A DNA stretch of 64,000 nt, from NCBI GenBank assembly GCA_045601925.1, contig JAZSAP010000092.1, positions 1,723 to 65,722 of the forward strand. The letters run 5' to 3'. This document shows, one piece after another, positions 60,672 through 64,000 of the stretch. This stretch comes from Lawsonibacter sp. GTDB lineage: Bacteria > Bacillota > Clostridia > Oscillospirales > Oscillospiraceae. Numbering within the stretch: position 1 is the stretch's first letter; each line of letters opens with the position of its first letter. The notes beneath the pieces were generated by a model that ran no database searches, had not been told where the DNA came from, and saw only the letters and a program-made list of their open reading frames with translations. Both the position numbers and the translations under genes were made by a program.

Positions 60672-61164
60672 GACTGCCACCTCCGTGCCTGCGGCCCGCC
60701 TTACGGCGGCGCGCCCGTTTCCGTTTCCAATTCAGTTGCCTTATTTTATACCATTTGCAGCCATAAGAAAAGCTATTTTTTGCAAAAATTTCGATTTTTT
60801 TTAGCAGGAAAAAGGCCCCTTTCATGGGCAGAAGTACCAAACGGACCAGCAATTGCACCAAATCCGCCACCCGGTAGGCCACCCACAGCAGCCACGGACT
60901 GAGGATGCGAAAGTAGATCACCCCGCCCACAAGCACCCCCACCGCGCCGTACAGACGCACCCAGCCGCCCCACGCCTCCAGCGACCACAAAAACAGCGCC
61001 GCAGTCAAACCAAGCCAGAACAGCAGGTCCAGCAGTGCGCCAAGTCCCCGCAGCCGCACCCTCACCCGCAGCACTCGCCCAAGGTCGTAGGCCACCCCCG
61101 CACCAAGGCCCAGCAGCACCGACTGGGCCATGGCCCAGCCCTGCCGGGCAACATCGATCTCCAT
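60490..61164 (-). CDS. yabQ: Spore cortex biosynthesis protein YabQ
   Basis: LLGLGAGVAYD, DLLFW and GWVRLY motifs. Follows yabP. Confidence 0.8.
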   Translation of the reverse strand: MEIDVARQGWAMAQSVLLGLGAGVAYDLGRVLRVRVRLRGLGALLDLLFWLGLTAALFLWSLEAWGGWVRLYGAVGVLVGGVIYFRILSPWLLWVAYRVADLVQLLVRLVLLPMKGAFFLLKKIEIFAKNSFSYGCKWYKIRQLNWKRKRARRRKAGRRHGGGSHAGEESGAFDQNCGAGTADLHGHGTAGPAQSAAGLPGRAGCPFRPGRAGAAGKRRKAVLP

Positions 61165-61452
61165 TTACCGCAGCAGGCGGCTGAAAAATCCGCCGCCTCC
61201 CCGGCTGCCCATGTCCTCATAGGTCAGGCTATCCACCTGTCCCTCCACCCGCAGCTGTCCGCCGTCCACGCTGAGCTGCTCAATGTGCAGACCGCTGCCC
61301 CGCACCACCAGCCTCCCCTGTCCGGTAACCATGGTGATGCCGCTGTCGTCAAAGCTCTCCACCTCCTCCACCCCGCTGACCGTCAGCTGCTGGCGGTCCT
61401 CCAGAGTCAGGCGGTGGGTCTGCTCCTGCAAATGCTGGGTATCGTATGCCAT
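61165..61452 (-). CDS. yabP: Sporulation protein YabP
   Basis: HRLTLEDRQQLTVSGVEEVESFD, G.GLHI..L and GFFSRLL. Confidence 0.9.
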   Translation of the reverse strand: MAYDTQHLQEQTHRLTLEDRQQLTVSGVEEVESFDDSGITMVTGQGRLVVRGSGLHIEQLSVDGGQLRVEGQVDSLTYEDMGSRGGGGFFSRLLR

Positions 61453-61473
61453 TTCCCTCACTCCTTTCCTTTC

Positions 61474-61503
61474 ACTTTATGGGACAGGACCTTTGAATAT
61501 ACC
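61474..61503 (-). promoter_or_regulatory. Probable sigma-E promoter of yabPQ
   Basis: Minus strand ATA-16 nt-CATAAAGT fits the sigma-E consensus. yabPQ is sigma-E-dependent in Bacillus subtilis. Confidence 0.5.
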
Positions 61504-61561
61504 GCTGGACGGCGAAGGAGAAATCGATTATAATGAGAGCAGTTTGATGGGAGGTGACGCC

Positions 61562-62332
61562 ATGGCCCAGCGTATCATCGGCCGGGAGATCATCCGGCTG
61601 GACAGCATTGATTCCACCAACACATATCTGATGTCCCTGGCCGCACAGGGCGCCGAAGAGGGCCTGGTTGTCATTGCCGACCAGCAGACCGCCGGGCGTG
61701 GCCGCCGTGGTCGCAGCTTTCAGTCCACCGGGGGCCTTGGCCTGTATATGTCCGTACTGGTGCAGCCCAATATCCCCGCCGCGGAGGCCCCGGAGCTGAC
61801 CGCCTGGACGGCAGTTGCCGTGTGCAACGGCATCCAGGCCGCCTGCGGCAAACGTCCCCAGGTCAAGTGGATCAACGACCTGATCGCCGACGGGCGCAAG
61901 CTGGGCGGTATCCTGACAGAACTGGCCCTGAATCCTAATGGCACTTTGTCCCACGTGGTCATCGGCATCGGCATCAACGCAAACCACCGGCGGGAAGATT
62001 TTGACCCGGAGCTGCAGGATATGGCCACCTCTCTGTCCCAATGGATGGACCGCGAGGTTGACCGGAACGAACTGGCCGATCACATCATCACCGCCCTGGA
62101 CGAGATGTACTGCCACTTCCCCCACGATCGGCAGGACTACCTGTCCCGCTACCGCTCCGACTGCGTGACCTTAGGTCAAAACGTGCGGGTTTTGTCTGCC
62201 GACCGCGCCACCCCCGCCGTGGCGGAAGATATCGACGAACACTTCCGCCTGCAGGTGCGGTATGAGGATAGTTCCACCGCCGTGCTGAACGCCGGCGAGG
62301 TGTCTGTCCGGGGCATGTGGGATTACGTATGA
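61562..62332 (+). CDS. birA: Biotin--[acetyl-CoA-carboxylase] ligase without an N-terminal HTH
   Basis: DSTN, QTAGRGRRGR, KWIND, KLGGILTE and GIGIN. Confidence 0.9.
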   Translation: MAQRIIGREIIRLDSIDSTNTYLMSLAAQGAEEGLVVIADQQTAGRGRRGRSFQSTGGLGLYMSVLVQPNIPAAEAPELTAWTAVAVCNGIQAACGKRPQVKWINDLIADGRKLGGILTELALNPNGTLSHVVIGIGINANHRREDFDPELQDMATSLSQWMDREVDRNELADHIITALDEMYCHFPHDRQDYLSRYRSDCVTLGQNVRVLSADRATPAVAEDIDEHFRLQVRYEDSSTAVLNAGEVSVRGMWDYV

Positions 62333-62464
62333 CCCTTTTGGGTATCATCACCCATCCTCCCGCGCAAATTCCCCCGCATTTTTCCGTTCCAACCGCTTGT
62401 CAGAATGGCATTTTTATTATAAAATAAAGGTTGACTTTGAAAATGATCGTTGGGAGGGCCTGCC

Positions 62465-63277
62465 TTGTCCGTTATTCTTGACTCGACCCACCCCGTTCCC
62501 CACCTGTCCAGCACCCTGCTGACCGGGTCCGGCGGCATCGCCCACGGGTTTTCCACCCGGCTTGGCGGTGTCAGCGCCGCCCCCTTTGATAGTTTGGATC
62601 TGGGCTATAACCGCGGGGACCGCCCCGCCCATGTGGTGGAGAATTACCGCCGGTTCTGCGCCGCCATCGGCGCCGACCACACCCGGGTGATCAAAAGCCG
62701 CCAAGTCCATACCGACAGCATCCGCGTTGTGACCGCGGCTGACCTGGACGTTGATTTGTGCAAGCCCGCCCCTTACGAGGCGGACGGCCTTGTGACCAAC
62801 GTTCCCGGTCTTTGCCTGACCGTCTTCACCGCCGACTGCGTGCCGGTGCTGCTGTACGACCCGGCGGCCCGCTGCGTGGCCGCGGTCCACTCCGGCTGGC
62901 GGTCCACCTCCATGGCCATCGTGCCAAAGGCCGTGGACGTGATGGGCAAGCAATTCGGCTGTCAACCGGGCAGCATCATCGCCGCCATCGGGCCGGCCAT
63001 CGGCGGCTGCTGCTTCCAAACCCAAACGGAAGTCCCCGACGCCATGCTGGAAACTTACGGCCGCATGGCCGGCCCCTTCATCCGGCCCGACGGGTCCAAC
63101 CACTTCCGGGTGGATCTGCGGGGCATCATCGCCCAAAGCCTGCAGGACGCAGGCCTGTCCCCCGACCACATTGACGTATCCGACCACTGCACTGCCTGCC
63201 ACCCCGACCTTTTCTGGTCCCACCGACTGGTCGGCAACGCCCGGGGCAGCATGGCCGCTATGATACAGCTGCTTTAA
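62465..63277 (+). CDS. pgeF: PgeF/YfiH family protein (peptidoglycan editing factor/purine nucleoside phosphorylase)
   Basis: FSTRLGGVS, QVH, ADG, TADCVPV, HSGWR, GPAIG and CTAC..FWSHR. Confidence 0.9.
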   Translation: MSVILDSTHPVPHLSSTLLTGSGGIAHGFSTRLGGVSAAPFDSLDLGYNRGDRPAHVVENYRRFCAAIGADHTRVIKSRQVHTDSIRVVTAADLDVDLCKPAPYEADGLVTNVPGLCLTVFTADCVPVLLYDPAARCVAAVHSGWRSTSMAIVPKAVDVMGKQFGCQPGSIIAAIGPAIGGCCFQTQTEVPDAMLETYGRMAGPFIRPDGSNHFRVDLRGIIAQSLQDAGLSPDHIDVSDHCTACHPDLFWSHRLVGNARGSMAAMIQLL

Positions 63278-63317
63278 GAGAAAACAAACAGATTTAGAGA
63301 TATTTGGAGGAATGGAC

Positions 63318-64000
63318 ATGAGTGTTTTTCGCTGCTACTCCCAAAAGCGCCCCGGCTTCGACGTAGAGGCCCAGGGTCTGTGCCGCCAGCTGCGCGAGCA
63401 GTTGGGTGTCACCGCTCTGAAGCGGGTGGACATCCTCAACCGCTATGACGCCGACCACATTGACCCCGCCGTGTACGAGCAGGCCAAGGGCATCGTATTT
63501 TCCGAGCCGCAGGTGGACAGTGTTTATGAGGAACAGTTCCCCGTCCCCGCCGTGGCCCACACCCTGCTGGCGGTGGAGGCGCTGCCCGGTCAATTCGACC
63601 AGCGGGCCGACTCCTGCGCCCAGTGTATCCAGCTCATGGCCGGCGTGGACCGCCCCCTGATCGCCTTCGCCCGTGTCTACGTGCTGGAGGGTGAGCTGTC
63701 CGCTGCCGACATGGATAAGATCCGCGGCTACCTCATCAACCCCGTGGAGTGCCGCGAAGCTTCCATGGACAAGCCCGACACGCTGGAGCGCACTTACGAC
63801 ATCCCCTCCTCCGTTGCCACCGTGGACGGCTTTGTTTCTCTGAACGAGGCCGGCCTTTCCGACCTGTTGAACAAGCTGGGCCTTGCCATGGACCTGGACG
63901 ATCTAAAGTTCCTGCAGGCCTACTTCCGTGACGAGGAGAAACGCGACCCCACCATTACCGAGGTGCGCCTGGTGGACACCTACTGGTCCGACCACTGCCG
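63318..64000 (+). CDS. purL: Phosphoribosylformylglycinamidine synthase (3' end outside the window)
   Basis: Translated by hand: MSVFRCYSQKRPGFDVEA...LPGQFDQRADS...INPVE...RDPTITEVRLVDTYWSDHC. GGAGG RBS. Missing from the ORF track because it has no stop in the window. Confidence 0.92.
   Translation, partial: MSVFRCYSQKRPGFDVEAQGLCRQLREQLGVTALKRVDILNRYDADHIDPAVYEQAKGIVFSEPQVDSVYEEQFPVPAVAHTLLAVEALPGQFDQRADSCAQCIQLMAGVDRPLIAFARVYVLEGELSAADMDKIRGYLINPVECREASMDKPDTLERTYDIPSSVATVDGFVSLNEAGLSDLLNKLGLAMDLDDLKFLQAYFRDEEKRDPTITEVRLVDTYWSDHC

Noticed and set aside
61562-62332. BirA lacking the DNA-binding domain as a novelty
   Set aside because: Non-regulatory group I biotin ligases are common and well known.

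Overview
High-GC chromosomal window from a spore-forming Clostridia bacterium, probably Oscillospiraceae-like (inferred from butyryl-CoA:acetate CoA-transferase, dacF, yabP/yabQ/divIC and codon style). Most of it is housekeeping or metabolic: secA, rlmD, rpiB, glgP, glgBCDA, hemW, the liv operon, hpf/raiA, birA, pgeF and purL. There is also a glycine riboswitch and a partly decayed glycan-utilisation region at 44.4-53.8 kb. The standout is a compact, apparently intact 12.4 kb minus-strand operon of about 18 phage structural genes (24321-36761) between hemW and dacF. It encodes a large terminase, portal, protease/scaffold, capsid, head-tail joining proteins, contractile sheath and tube, a chaperone pair joined by a -1 frameshift site, a tiny gene in the tape-measure slot, a LysM protein and baseplate genes. 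I see no integrase, repressor, replication, lysis, tail-fibre or small-terminase gene and no att scar. That pattern suggests a domesticated gene-transfer-agent or PBSX-like particle with a very short contractile tail. Other notable items are a candidate ~95 nt sRNA with an anti-RBS/anti-AUG seed, two GTAG-type REP palindromes translated in frame inside a DEAD-box helicase, and a chimeric GH20/SLH deletion scar. No rRNA, tRNA or CRISPR array was recognised. All product calls come from motif recognition by eye, not database searches.
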